Origin: Harriotta raleighana
Taxonomy: Eukaryota
Length of the DNA stretch: 64,000 bases
Direction of reading: 5' to 3'
NCBI GenBank assembly: GCA_050575255.1
Contig: JBNZDD010013685.1
Location: 5,327,517 to 5,391,516 of the forward strand
The notes under the pieces were generated by a model. The model made no database searches. It was not told where the DNA came from and was given only the letters and a program-made list of their open reading frames with translations. Positions 51,521 through 64,000 of this stretch are shown here, in pieces (positions within the stretch are counted from its first letter, which is position 1; each line of letters begins with the position of its first letter). The position numbers and the translations under genes are program-made.

Positions 51521-52624
51521 TGTTAAGAAATATCATATACGGTACTATATTGAGAGATGGGAAATTGGAGGAAACTGGGGTAGAAAGAAGAGCTGTCAAG
51601 AGGAAGATAAAGTTTTGAAGCCCCTCATTTAATGATACAGCTTTGTAAATGATACTATAACTCTTTACACTGTCAAAATGGATTGGAAGACCAGTTGGAT
51701 AATGAATCCTACTCCTTTTTGGCAGCTACTGCTCCTCAACTCTCAATGTTCTTTCAGCATGTCAGGCTCAATATTCAGGAAATTATCTGCAAGTGTCATT
51801 GATATCCTGTGGGCATTTTGCACCAATTAGGTCAAAGCCGTATAACCTGACAGACAATAATTGACAATGGAGTAACACAAAATGATTTGAGATAGTTGGG
51901 GTGACTCGTGTTCTTAAAGAAATAAGTTTTAATTTAATCTTGTGGTAACAGCAATGTGCAGTAATAACATAAATACACACCAACTGCATAAAAAGTCTAT
52001 GCTGCGTTGATTTTTATGGGATTGTACTGTACTGACATGGCTTTGCCAGCTATAAAGTGTCATATTATTAAACATAAACATTTTAACAATCACAAATAAT
52101 AATATGCTGAGTTGCAAATCTACTTGTCCATAATTCTGAATCAGTTAAAGAAAATTATCGTATTGATTCAGCCATTTCTCATTAGAGTTGTTTGCCTTAT
52201 TTATTGAGTAAAGATTTTTAAATCCCTGCTGCAGACTAATTTCTTATATCACAGTTTAAGATGTACAAACTTATGTGAATGGATTTCATGTCCTTGTTAC
52301 ACTCTGATTGCCATGCTGAAATTGCATAAATGGTGGTATGGCTCAGTTGGTGAGGATATCGTCCAAGGGGAGTGAAAGACTCCCCTCGAGTCTTTACTCG
52401 AAAGGTTATGAGCATGACGCCCACTCCTATTGGCTGAAACTCCAGTTGGTATATTATACAGCAACATTGAAAATGTCAGCCTCTTAGTGGGATTTTCCTC
52501 CTTAAAATCAACATTGGCAAAGTAGTTACAGGGAACGTTAACTGGAATTCCTTTCTTGTGGTCATCACCTTGTATAGCTCTATCTCACATTTCTTCCCCA
52601 TTATCGATGGAGGCATCAATAATA

Positions 52625-52987
52625 TAATAATAATAATCCTTGCATTTGACGTCTTCTAGATGTCTCAAAACGCTATACAGAACATACTGTAAAGTGAATT
52701 GACTGTATATTTGCGGCGGCAAATTGCTCACAGCAGTGACCCTCAACAACAACAACAACAAAATTATACTTGTATAACGCCTTTCACATCGGGAGGACGT
52801 CCCAAAGCGCTAAGAATAGTCATAGATTTAAATGACCAATTTTATTATTCTTTTTTTGGAGGGATTATTAATAGGCATGTGAAGTAAAAAAACTTGCCCA
52901 AGATTTCGCCCTGACCTACCTGGATTTGAGTACAGGTCTCACGATTGTAAGGCGAATGCTCTAACCACTGAGCTCCAGGTCTCCACA
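52625..52987 (-). mobile_element. SINE family 1 with an inserted L2 terminal stem-loop of about 68 nt (52744-52811)
   Basis: Family match on both sides of the (AAC)n...GGGAGGACGTCCCAAAGCGCT insert. Confidence 0.85.
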
Positions 52988-54581
52988 AAAGGACATAGTC
53001 AGGCTAAATACCGTCCGGCTTCAATCAGTCAGCTTCCTGATATCACTACTGAAGTTTACCTATTAGACTTTAAACCTGGGTCTTGTTTGTCTGTTAAAGT
53101 CGACATCAAACAACCCATGACTTTCTCCAGATGCTCTATGAATGTAATTTTGTTATTGCTGTTGATATCCTGACTAAAACAAATTCTACATACTGTATTA
53201 GTTTTCCTAAAGAAGAACGTACGAGGTGCAGGTTTGTGAGAACCAAGGTTGGGGCTTTGTCACCTCCTTCCCCTCCTTCAGACGAAATCTGAAGATCTTG
53301 CCCTTTCACCGGTGCCTACAGTCACCTCCATCTCTCCCAGCTCAGCATCAAGCTCCGTCAATGTTAAGCACTCTGAAACATGACCAACTGGTGCTCACCC
53401 CAAGCCCATCTCTGGCAGGAGAGATGTTTGTGATCAAAGCTGGTCACGGCTACCACTGGCTTCATGGATTCCAGAGTTCTGGTTCACTCAGTTCAAAACA
53501 ATTAGGGTTGATTCAGGGTAGGTGTTGGAGGAGGACAGTTATACCCATGTATAATGTTTCAACAACTTGACAACAATGTGATAACTATCGCTGATGAAAA
53601 TGTTTACCCCAGGATTGCTGTTCTGTCTGATTGCTATAGTTTTTCCTCCTTTACTTTGATAGGGCATCTCCACAGTTGGACATCTGCCATTCTTAGTGGG
53701 TTAAAGCACCGTATTGTATCATAATTAAAAACTAGACAACCCTGAAAGGTTACTCTGTGGACAACTGAGACTGAAATAAGAGCAGAAAATATTTCAGAAA
53801 AATACTGATATATAATTTATGGTGTTAACAATGTGCCAGCAAGAGCTATTCATTATAAAGCCTCAATGGAGGCTAAGTGTACAACTAGATTCAGCAACAC
53901 AGCTTATCAGTGCTCTGACAGTCTGAATTTAGACTCTGAATAAAAATGAACAGCTTACATCAGCTTTAATTTTCTAATGCAGTGACCCATTCTACAAGGG
54001 GGTAATAGCAGATCCCAGTGAGACAATTAAAATAAATCACTGCAGTGCAGTGCATACTATTACCTATACTGATGTGTCATTGGGAACTTAAATGTTATAC
54101 GTGGCAAATTCTATTTTTTTAAAAGATTCCCCTCTCATGTAAAACACTTGAAAGCAATTTCCCCAGAGAATAGAAAATGATAGTTTTTCGATATACTTGA
54201 GCACTGAGAAAAGTGGTTGAGGTACAACTGTAAGAATTCAGCAGCAAGTACAATAGTGATAGTTGACAGAACATTTAGTTGTGGATTGGCTCAGTATAGA
54301 ATTTGAAAACAATTCAGGTTGGGGAGATTGCTTCTTGTACGCAGTTATAATAAACTGGCTTCCATTAGAAGTGAACAGAATTACTAACTCAAATCAGTTC
54401 ACAAACTCGAAGGAAATCTCCTATATTTAATCGTTTATTCGGTTTGATATATGATTGGAAAAGAGGAAACAATAGCAGAGAATAGAGAAAGCAAAGTGGG
54501 ATTAGATTAGATGGTTCAACTGGAGAAAATACCAACACAAAAGTGATTGGCCAAATGGCTCACATCCCTGCCATGAATCGT

Positions 54582-55330
54582 TTTGCCTTACCTCCACAAC
54601 ATTGCCTAGCTCCGCCACTGCCTCTCCCCTCAGGCTGCTGAAATCCTTATACATGCATTTATTAAATCTAGGCTTGACTATGCAAACCCCCAGCTTGGCA
54701 ACTATCCCAACCCTTCCTTCCACAAGCTGCAGTTCATCGAGAACTCTGCATCTTGTATCCTCTCCAGCATTAGGCTCCTTGACCCTATCACTCTCACCCT
54801 CGCCTGGCTCCATTGGCTCCCCATCTCCCAGAGGATAGTATTGAAGGCCTTCTGGGCCCTCCTTGGCCTTTTTCCTTCTTACCTCTGTGACCTGCTAACC
54901 TCATATCTCTACCTGTCTGCTCCCTCCACTCAGCAGGCTCTGGCCTGCTCCTGCCCTGTCCAGGCACTTTCAGCAGTAGACTCTTCAGTCCTCTCAGCCC
55001 CATCCTTTGGAACTGCATCCTACATTCCCTTCATCATGTTCTCTCCCTTGCCTCCTTCATAAATGTCTCAAATCCCTCCACTCCTCTGCACCCCTTTGGC
55101 TCTCTGACCTCCTCTCCCCTCACAACAGCATCCGTTGCCTTCACTCTACTGGGTCTGGCCTCCTCCTTGTCTCCGAATCCTCTGCTCCACCAACAGCGGC
55201 AGTGCCTTCAGCCACTACGCCCAATTCTCTGGAACTCCCTTCCTCAATCCCTTTGCCTCGCTCCCTCTCTTCCTATTTTCAGTTCACAGCTGAAAACTTT
55301 TCTTTTCAATCACCTTTTTCCCCCTCTCCC
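54582..55330 (+). mobile_element. Two tandem L2 C-terminal fragments
   Basis: RLDY..HKLQFIENSA; KCLKSLHSSAPLWLSDLL. Confidence 0.8.
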
Positions 55331-57289
55331 TGGCTATATCCCATAATATTATTTCCTAAAAGAAAATGATCTAATCTGTGTTTGAAAGAATCAACACTTG
55401 CACAGCATAATAATATTAAAAATAATCTTTGCATTTAATATGAATCCTTTCACAGCCTTAAAGTGCTTCATAAGAATACTTGATTTGATACATTGCCTCA
55501 TCATGTCACCAAGACTCAAAGATTTCACAGAATATTATCGTGAGTAAATAAGGCTGCCAGTTTGTACAAAGCAATGTCCTTGAAAGAGTCATTAAGTGAA
55601 TGACCAACTTTATCTGGAGTAATGTTGGCCAGGAGACCAGGAGAAATTCACTGTTCTTTTAGAAAAGTGTAGTGACTATAAATACTGTAGGCAATCATCA
55701 AGCAGATAGAAATGTTTGGTCATTGTGTAGTCAGGCCAAATAAGGCTTTTGGGAAGCAGTTTAATTGCTTCTATATTATGACATATGTATACTATTTACT
55801 CTTGGCGAATTTCAAATTTCTTGCTGAGTGGGATTTGCCATTAGCCCCTTGTATGATGGGTCACTGCATTAAAAAACGAGTTGGTGTAAGCTGTTCATTT
55901 TTATTCAGATTCTAAATTCAGCCTTTCTGAGCACTGATAAGAATCAGTTGGAGAAGCCTTAAAAGTGAGTTTGACACACACGTACATGCACACAGTATCT
56001 CACCTTTACTTCTCTGTTCACCACTCTCTATCTATCTTAAATCCCATGTTAAAACCTGTCTTTGAGCACATTGATAGTCACCTCCCCTTTCTCACCACCC
56101 CACCCACCCACCTTCCCTTTTGTTCAGCACACGACCTGTCACTGTGAAGCGCACCAAAATATTATCCTTTATGAAGAAGAACAACAACAACTTCGATTTA
56201 TATAGCTCCCTCCACACCGGGTGGAGTGGCATGAAGGGCAGTTGATAAACTGAAGTTGTTGTTATTGTTGACCTAATAAAGTGGAAGAATAGCTATAGGC
56301 TGTATAGCAATGAACAGTTAGAGGCTGAATAGGTGGAAAGGTTGAATGGCCTTGAGTTGCTATGTTTGCATGAAACATAACTGGATTGGTGTACATTACA
56401 GTTGTACTTGATTTTTTTGTGAAAAAAATACGATCTGATAGAAATTACAAGGGACAGTGCAATAGATCGGATACCATTATTGGTGATAACTGGGCTGTAA
56501 CATTAACACACGTACAAAACGGAACCTAGCTGCTTAAAAATAAATTCAGCTACTGGAAAATATTAATGTTAAAAATCCCCCCTTTGCAATTTCTTCATTT
56601 AACGTGCCCTTAGCTGGGCCACATTCATGAAGTATTGTATACTAACTTGACAAATAAATAAATATTGCTGACATTTATTGCAATAAATGTCAGCATATTG
56701 TCTGTTTTGTATTCATTTTGCTGGGAGAATGTACATGGAGATGTTTATTTGTTGAACACAATCACATCTCCTTTTGTTCCCTCCTCTCTTCCCCTCCCCA
56801 ATATTTATCAGTCATTGAATCGATTCTGCTCTCTTTTAAAATTGATACCTGCTCATTGATATGAGCCACTGTTGTCTCTTCTCTTTGTTAGCATCGTCAT
56901 CTTGCTGTCTATTTAATCTACTTCAGCACTTCATTACGAGGATAAGAGAATGGGCAACATATTGGGAGTAAAAAATATAATGTTTCTTAACACNTGTCAT
57001 CTTGCTGTCTATTTAATCTACTTCAGCACTTCATTACGAGGATGAGCAAGAGAATGGGCAACATATTGGGAGTAAAAAATATAATGTTTCTTAACACATT
57101 CAATGGGATAAATGTGAAATGATATATTCAAATATTGATGTCCCGTTCCCCCCACCNCATTCAATGGGATAAATGTGATATGATACATTCAAATATTGAT
57201 GTCCCGTTCCCCCCACCCCCCACCGAAGAAGGAATATAAAAATGTGGTGAAATTTGCAACATTTTATGCGGTCAGACGGGTGCAGAAAC

Positions 57290-57710
57290 TTGTGCTTTGG
57301 AGAAACTAAACCAAATTGACAGCTCCACATGTGCATGCCATCTCTTCATGGGAAATTGTCTGTGTCTGGAATGGAATGCAGACACTCTCCATGGAGGGAT
57401 GCATCCTGCTTCCCTAATTCCGGAATGTCTGCCTATACAAATGCACGTTAAATATGGCACTGCAGTATTTGAGAAGCAAAGAGAAAGTTTCTCCTGGCGT
57501 CCTGGCCAACAATACTCCAAAAATAAAATTGGTCCTTCACCACATGGTTATTTGTAAGACATTGCTATGTGTAAGTTGGCTTTTTCCTTCATCTACAAAA
57601 TATGCAGTCACTGTATACCTTGTGGTATATCCTGGGTGCATTTTGAAATGTTCCTCTAACATGAAATGTGCTATATCAAATGCAAGGATTATTATACACA
57701 TTATTATTAT
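57290..57710 (+). mobile_element. DeuSINE-like SINE family 2, decayed
   Basis: Deu-like body TTCTCCTGGCGTCCTGGCCAACA and AAATGCAAGGATTATTA tail. Confidence 0.7.
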
Positions 57711-60514
57711 TTCTTTATTATTAGCACAAAATACCATTTCCAAGGTATCTGATACCATTACATGATCAAACAAATGCTAATCCCTAACTCCCGTTAATAA
57801 CGCTACTATTGATAAAGATACTGCTCAGTGCCATATCAGAATCATGCTGACTCAGAAATGTCCAGGTTTGATCCTACCATCTGAATTGGATGATCTCAGC
57901 TGTGGCAGATATAGGGACACAGCAATAGTCATCCACATTTTTCAATAGGGGCAATAAATATCAGCCAATATTCCCACTCTAGCTTCCTGTCCAGTGAATG
58001 CTGATGGAATGCACATGTTTTGTGGGCTTTCATTGAGGAAGTTAATTTAATGGTGAGAAACAAGACAAGAGACAGCCATCTCATATGGTTTTGATGCTCC
58101 TCAACATTGAAAAGCTGTCTGATTCCTGAAAATAATGCTCGCACTTGATGTAGTACATTATCACATCTTCAAAACATCTCAAAGTGCTTCACAGGATTTA
58201 CAGTAAACTGCACTGACAGTGTGTTTGATGGCGAATGTCAAGGATAGTCCATGAAGAATGGCCACTTGGGCAAGTCCAATGGTGACCATGAAAACTCACT
58301 ACAGTATGAGATGGTAGTGAATTACCATGGCTTCCCCCTACCCCCCCTGTATTCCTCTCCTCCCCTGCTTGTTCCACCATCGTTCTCAGTGATGTTGACA
58401 AATGCTACTTCACCTTTGACTTCTATTCTCACAAGTTTAGCATCTTTTGGGAGCAAAATAAACCATTAAGAGTTTGAGAGCTTGTTGTTTTATTGTTTTC
58501 TCCTCGTTTGGCAAGCAAGGAAGGGAAGCTGTAGATAAAGCCATAGCATTAGGTAATGCATTTTGCCTCCTGCAGGTGAAGTAACTTAGAAATTCACAGC
58601 ACAGAACTTGGCCATTACGCACATCTTGTCTTCTTAGAGTAATAGCAGAGATTAGCTAAATTCATACCATACATATGTTCCTAGAATCAAATTATACTTT
58701 GCACTTAGTATATGATATTTTAATGTTACCAAAGAATCAATGTACTGTGTGTACTAACATTAGTCTTTACACTATTGAAGAGCAGCCAGCAATTTAGAAA
58801 CATCCTTTTGATGAGATGTTAAACTGAAGTACTATTTGCCTGTTCAGGTGGAAATAGAAATCCTGTGACACTATTTGAATAGAAAAAAGTATTTTTCCTG
58901 ATGTCTTGAACAATAATCCCCAAAATAAAATTGGCACATACTGAATGACTGTTTGTGTGGCATTATTGTGTGCAAAAATAGATACCTTTTGTACAGTCAC
59001 CATGTTCTACAGTAAATTATGTGAAGTGCTTTGAACTGTCCAGTGACCTGATAAAGTGCCATATCGAATGTGACGATTATATTATTATTTACGGAAGAAA
59101 TTGGTCCCTTAAACATTTTGTAAGGTAAGGGGCCATGATTGAGTGTTGAGTAAATCAATTCATACTGGCAGGGTATTGCTGTTGCTGTGGCCAAGTAAAT
59201 CCACCTGCTCTAACTCTTTTAATGGTTGCACATATTTCTTTGGGATGGCACATTGATGGTATTTATTTTTAAAATACCCAAGATTGGGTGAGAATTTCAT
59301 TGGCAATGATTTGCAGAAAGAGCAGCGTAAACTGGGCATTGATTTTTTGCAGTGAGCCTGATCTTAGAGCAGCTAGGCATCTGAGTCCCCGAGCTAATGG
59401 GAAAAGGCAGAAATATATGGTGCGTGACTGGCGTTAAGGTAAATACAACTTAATTTAACAGAGAGAAGACAAGAGACAGCCATCTTGCATTCATTCTCTA
59501 TCAATACCGCTGTGCAGCATCTCCGGTGGTTTCAGCTCTGTGTTGAATTAATTCAAATTAAATGAAGTGATTTGTTCTAGATGGAGTATGTTGCAATATT
59601 AAGGTTGCAAATAGGAACTCAATTGTTCATTTTCTCTCCGCAGTTGAATACGTGCTTGTAATAACCAACAAGATATGATAAGACATTGTGAGGATCTTAA
59701 TGTTTATTATTTGATATTTAAAGTAACATTAAGTTTTATATTAATCTAAAATGTGAGAGTCTACATTGATGCGATTATCCATTAAACAGGAGTGGGGTCC
59801 AATAAAATCTTCTTAAGCTCCAACTACTACAATAAATTTCATTACAGGTTTAAGAAGCATCCTTCCGGAATTTTATTTGAATAGAATTTACATATAATGT
59901 TGCAGGAATTGGAGTGGTGGAGATGACTGAATAAGAACCACCATTGCTTTCTCAAATAACAAAAAAAATTGTTTATAATAANTACCATTGCTTTCTCAAA
60001 TAACAAAAAATTTTGTTTATAATAATAATAATTATTATGATAATCTTTGTATTTGGTATAGCGTCATTCGTGTCAGCAGGAAATCACAAAGTGTTTTACA
60101 GTGTATATATACTGTAAAGTGGAGTGATTCTGTGTTTTGTGTGCAGCAGCCAACAACTAATTTGTGCACAGCATTGTTCTACAGTTGGCCCTCACCAAAC
60201 GCAGAGGTCACGTTCCTGGAAAACAGCGCACTTCGTAAAATTACTTCCTTAATAAGTAATGGGAAAAAAGTGTTAGGGGAATCCATTCACAGGCTATCCA
60301 ACCTCAAGCCTCCAGGCATATCCACACCCGACCAATTCAAGGTGCATACTGAGGCCTGCTCTCCCCCACTCGTCACTCTCCCCCGCTCTCACTGACTCAC
60401 TGGAGACAATAAAACAGCATGTTACACTACCACAGTTTGGCTAAATTAGTTTACCTTTGGTCCTGGAAGTTTTAGAAGACTCGCTCCCTCTCTCTCTCCG
60501 TTTCTTCTGTTTAC

Positions 60515-60765
60515 CATGCAATGCCATCAGGTTGCTCCGAGGCCAAGGAATCATCGGACTTAGGCTGGAGCTGGCCGTGTTCTCCCAAGTGTGGATTCCG
60601 CACGGGGCCGGCATCCTTCCGATTGCACATGTACGCAGGACCAGCCAGCGAGTAGACACAAATCTTACTCATGTGATGTGAAAAAGTGCCGCATTTATTT
60701 CTTCGCGTATAGGCGAATCCGCACTCAAGAAAGTCACATTCGGCAAGGGTTGACTGTACTGCCAT
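60515..60765 (-). CDS. Candidate first coding exon of an unidentified gene (MAVQSTLAECDFLECG...KSDDSLASEQPDGIA)
   Basis: Non-repetitive, locally CpG-rich, ATG followed by G, 83 open codons with frequent G/C third positions, antisense frame also open, phase-2 donor TG|GTAAAC; alternative donor AAG|GTAAAC at 60455/60454. Confidence 0.45.
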
Positions 60766-60929
60766 GAAGTGAACTAAAGTGAACTACATGTTGGAAGAAC
60801 GATGGCTGCAGAAGTCAGCCTTTCACCAACCTATGTAATCACATATATTTTAAAGGAGAAACCACACATATTATAACTTGGTGAAGCTCTACCAACTCCA
60901 ATACCCCCAGGCTCAACAGGTGTATCAGG

Positions 60930-61338
60930 TTGGCTCAGCGTTAGCTCTCTCACCTCTGAGTCAGAAGGTTGTGGTTTCAAACCCCGCCTTGGGACAAGGA
61001 ATTACACATTCTAAGTATACAGTCCAGTGTAGTGCTGGGGGTATGTTGCATTGTCAGAGGTGCAGTCCTTCAAAAGAGACATCAAACCAAGTTCAAGAGG
61101 ATGTTAAAATTCCCTTGGCACTTTTCAAAAAGAGAAGGGAGTTTCTCCTGGTGTCCTGTCCAACAATCCCCCAAGTAAAATTGATCACTTTCTCCAAGGC
61201 TGTTTGTGGAACATTGCTTGGTGCAAACTGTGTTCTTTCCACAAAATACAAATCAATTCACTTTCCTAGAAGCACTTTGAGACATCTCGACAAATTGATA
61301 AGGCACTGTGTCAAATGTAAAAATTATTATTATTATAA
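60930..61338 (+). mobile_element. Full-length DeuSINE-like SINE family 2
   Basis: GGCTCAG..CTCTCACCTCTGAGTCAGAAGGTTGTGGTTTCAAACCC head, Deu-like body, (TTA)n tail. Confidence 0.85.
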
Positions 61339-62829
61339 CAGTCCAGGATTTTTCTGTATCCAATGGTTCTTCAGGTGTGTGCCACTGTCAGAGGGGGAAA
61401 TCTCCAAGCCACTAAATGACTGTGCAAAGAGTTTCCAATTACTCCTGATTTTCTTAAGAGTTCACCTTGCTCATTCACCTATCACTCAGGGATGAATCCT
61501 CCTACATCTCCTACCTCTGGTTGGGCTCATCTATTTGTGAGACCTGCTCTGGGTCCAGTTATGTGGTGTGGCCATTATAATCAGTCACTCTGGACTGATC
61601 AGACCTGTAGCAGAAGATATGTTGATGAGCACCAGCACTGAGGTGATCATCCTCAGCCTTGGACAGCCACCTCATTCCAAATCCTTGTTTGTGGCACATA
61701 ATTCACGGAGTTTAGAATACAACATTTTGCCCACAAAACGTATAGTCAATTCACTTTACAGTATTTTGTGAGAAGCACTTTCAGCAGGAAAACAATGACA
61801 TGATAAGGTGCTATATCAAATACAAAGAATATTTTCACAGTATTATCAAACACTTATTATAACTTGTTTATTGAATTTGATACTTGGGAAGTAAGAATAT
61901 GAAAGGATATAGGACACGATAATAATAACCCTTGCTTTTGATATAGCTCCTATGATATTGAGATTATCTAAGAAAAGTGTCATGAGTTTACTTAGAAGGT
62001 GAATGCAGCAACCATGTTCTGCACAGCAACATCTCACGAGTAGTAATGAACTGACATTGCTCACACATGGAGAATAGTCCCTTAGAGAAACCTTAAGATA
62101 GCTGGTGAGACTAAGACCCGCATAAGATCTCATTAAGGAAAGGAAATGAGAAAATGCCAATGAACTTTCCCTCTCCTTCCTCCCATTCCCCCATCCCTAT
62201 TCTATTTCCACCTCTCATTTCCCCCTCCTCCCAAGCCCTATTCTACTTCCACCTCCCATTCCCTGATTAACCCTAATCCATCATACATTACCACAGACAT
62301 TTACAGTACAACAAACCATGACTTAATAGCAGCTAAAAGTTGAGCATTTCACTGCTTGACCAGCTTGGGAAGTTGCCCATTCCAAATCAAACTGCAGAAC
62401 AACTGTTACATCCTCATCATACATGCAGATAGGCATGACAACTCTATTTATATACCATGTGTAATGATAAGCAGATGCAATGTAGAGAAAATGTCTTCAT
62501 TTTTACTGTTTATCTAGATTTATGTATACTTGTTGAATTATGTGTCTGATGTAACAAAGGCCAGATGGAAAGCATACATACGCTTCTATCCATTGGATTA
62601 ATGGGGTCAGATTTGTGGCCCACGTGTTATTTATCATACCAACTAGCAATGTGCCCCTCTCACCAAAGCCATTGTTAATGGTGAGAGATTTCTATCTTAC
62701 ACATTTAGTCACCTATCTTGGTACAACCAAGGTGTGAGAAAGTCTACCCAGGGCCATATGACAGAGCTCCCTAACATTCTGCAAGGTATCTTACTAGTTT
62801 TAAATAACTGATTAGTAGGATAATAATAT

Positions 62830-63137
62830 TAATAATAATCCTTGCATTTTATACAGCGCCTTATCACGTCTTCTAGACATCTCAAAGCACTTCCCAGAAT
62901 ATACTTTAAAGTGAACTGACTCTAAATTTGAGGGCTAAATGTGGCAGCCAGTTGCCCACAGAAGTGTTCCACAAACAATAGTAGATTGAAATGACCGATT
63001 TATTACTTTTTTCTTGAGGGATTAATATCAGGTGTGTAAAGTAAGGAAACTTTCCTAAGGTTTCACCCTGCCTGGCATTGAATCCAGGTCTCTCACTTAT
63101 AAGGCGAGTGCTCTAACCACTGAGCTATAGGACTCCA
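62830..63137 (-). mobile_element. Full-length SINE family 1
   Basis: Family match with intact head and tail. Confidence 0.9.
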
Positions 63138-64000
63138 TGCCACCTTTGACCCTCATCCGGCCAACAATAACTCTTTGATCTTTAAGATGGAGATGAATGC
63201 ATTTTGCCTTGGCTCTTTCCAAACTCTGCTAAAACGCTTCAGTATTAGCTAAGCAGTGTGCATTCCCTGGAGGTAGAATGAATAGTTCAGAAGGCACAAT
63301 TCTATGGCACAAGATCAGCAGAAATCATACATTGGTGTGAGTGGAACTTTCAATGGTTTGGCTTGGATACTCATAGACAATGATTGGTTTCCATGTGCAT
63401 CAGATATTCAGCTGACAGAAAAAAAATCTAAAATATACTTGGGTTAACAAATTTCTAGCGGTTGGTTGATCAGTCAGTGAATCATGTATTTTAGCCCTGT
63501 TCGTTGCAATCACTATCATGGTAGTGTTCATTCCAGTCCATGAATGTATAGAGGTGGGCAAGAGCAAAGGAGCATGGCTGGGTGCCATCTTGTGATTAGG
63601 TTAAGTAGCTCTTAATGTAGATGGAAGTCAAGCCCTCCGCAATCTGAGTACTCTTGTAAAGGGGCAACATTATTCTGGCTGGAGCAGCTTTGACACCCAT
63701 TCCTGTACCTTGCCTTTGCTCATTTCTAGGGTCAAAAACATGCTTTTGTATTTGTCCATTAGCTGCTCCCTGCCATACGCCTAAAATATATGGAGCCCAG
63801 CTGGATCTCATACAGCAAAAGGTTTGAATCACGTCTTAGTGAGAGAGGTCAAACATGCTTGTTATAGACGCACAATGAGAAATCTGAAAATTGTGTAGAA
63901 ATTCCGATGTGCTGCAGTAACTCTGCTGTTATTTAACTTTAGAATTAGAAGCGAATTTAGGAAAAAGACATTTTCTGCCAAAAAGTTGTCAGAGTAAGGA

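Noticed and set aside
60878-61495. 205-aa ORF
   Set aside because: Runs through a DeuSINE-like element; chance ORF

Overview
Repeat-rich vertebrate genomic DNA, most likely a cartilaginous fish. The SINE, L2, CR1 and Penelope families look like those I recall from Callorhinchus/shark genomes; this is an inference. The window is intronic or intergenic. I recognise no complete gene, rRNA, true tRNA gene or CRISPR array. Content: decayed L2 LINE fragments (one keeps endonuclease and RT remnants at about 49.5-51.5 kb), two L2-tailed tRNA-headed SINE families (one DeuSINE-like), CR1 3' ends and two Penelope remnants with degenerate hammerhead cores. Five small TIR elements have readable TSDs: one Tc1/pogo-like (TA), three hAT-like (8 bp) and one TGT...ACA element (4 bp). 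Ten single 'n' bases each separate near-identical direct duplicates, including a 3.6-kb one, and are read as assembly artefacts. The best non-repeat coding candidate is a CpG-rich minus-strand exon at 60515-60765 that I could not identify; weaker minus-strand exon candidates lie downstream. I found no convincing novel multi-gene system. The notable items are small TE architectures and RNA-structure signals. Boundaries of decayed repeats are approximate and set by eye.
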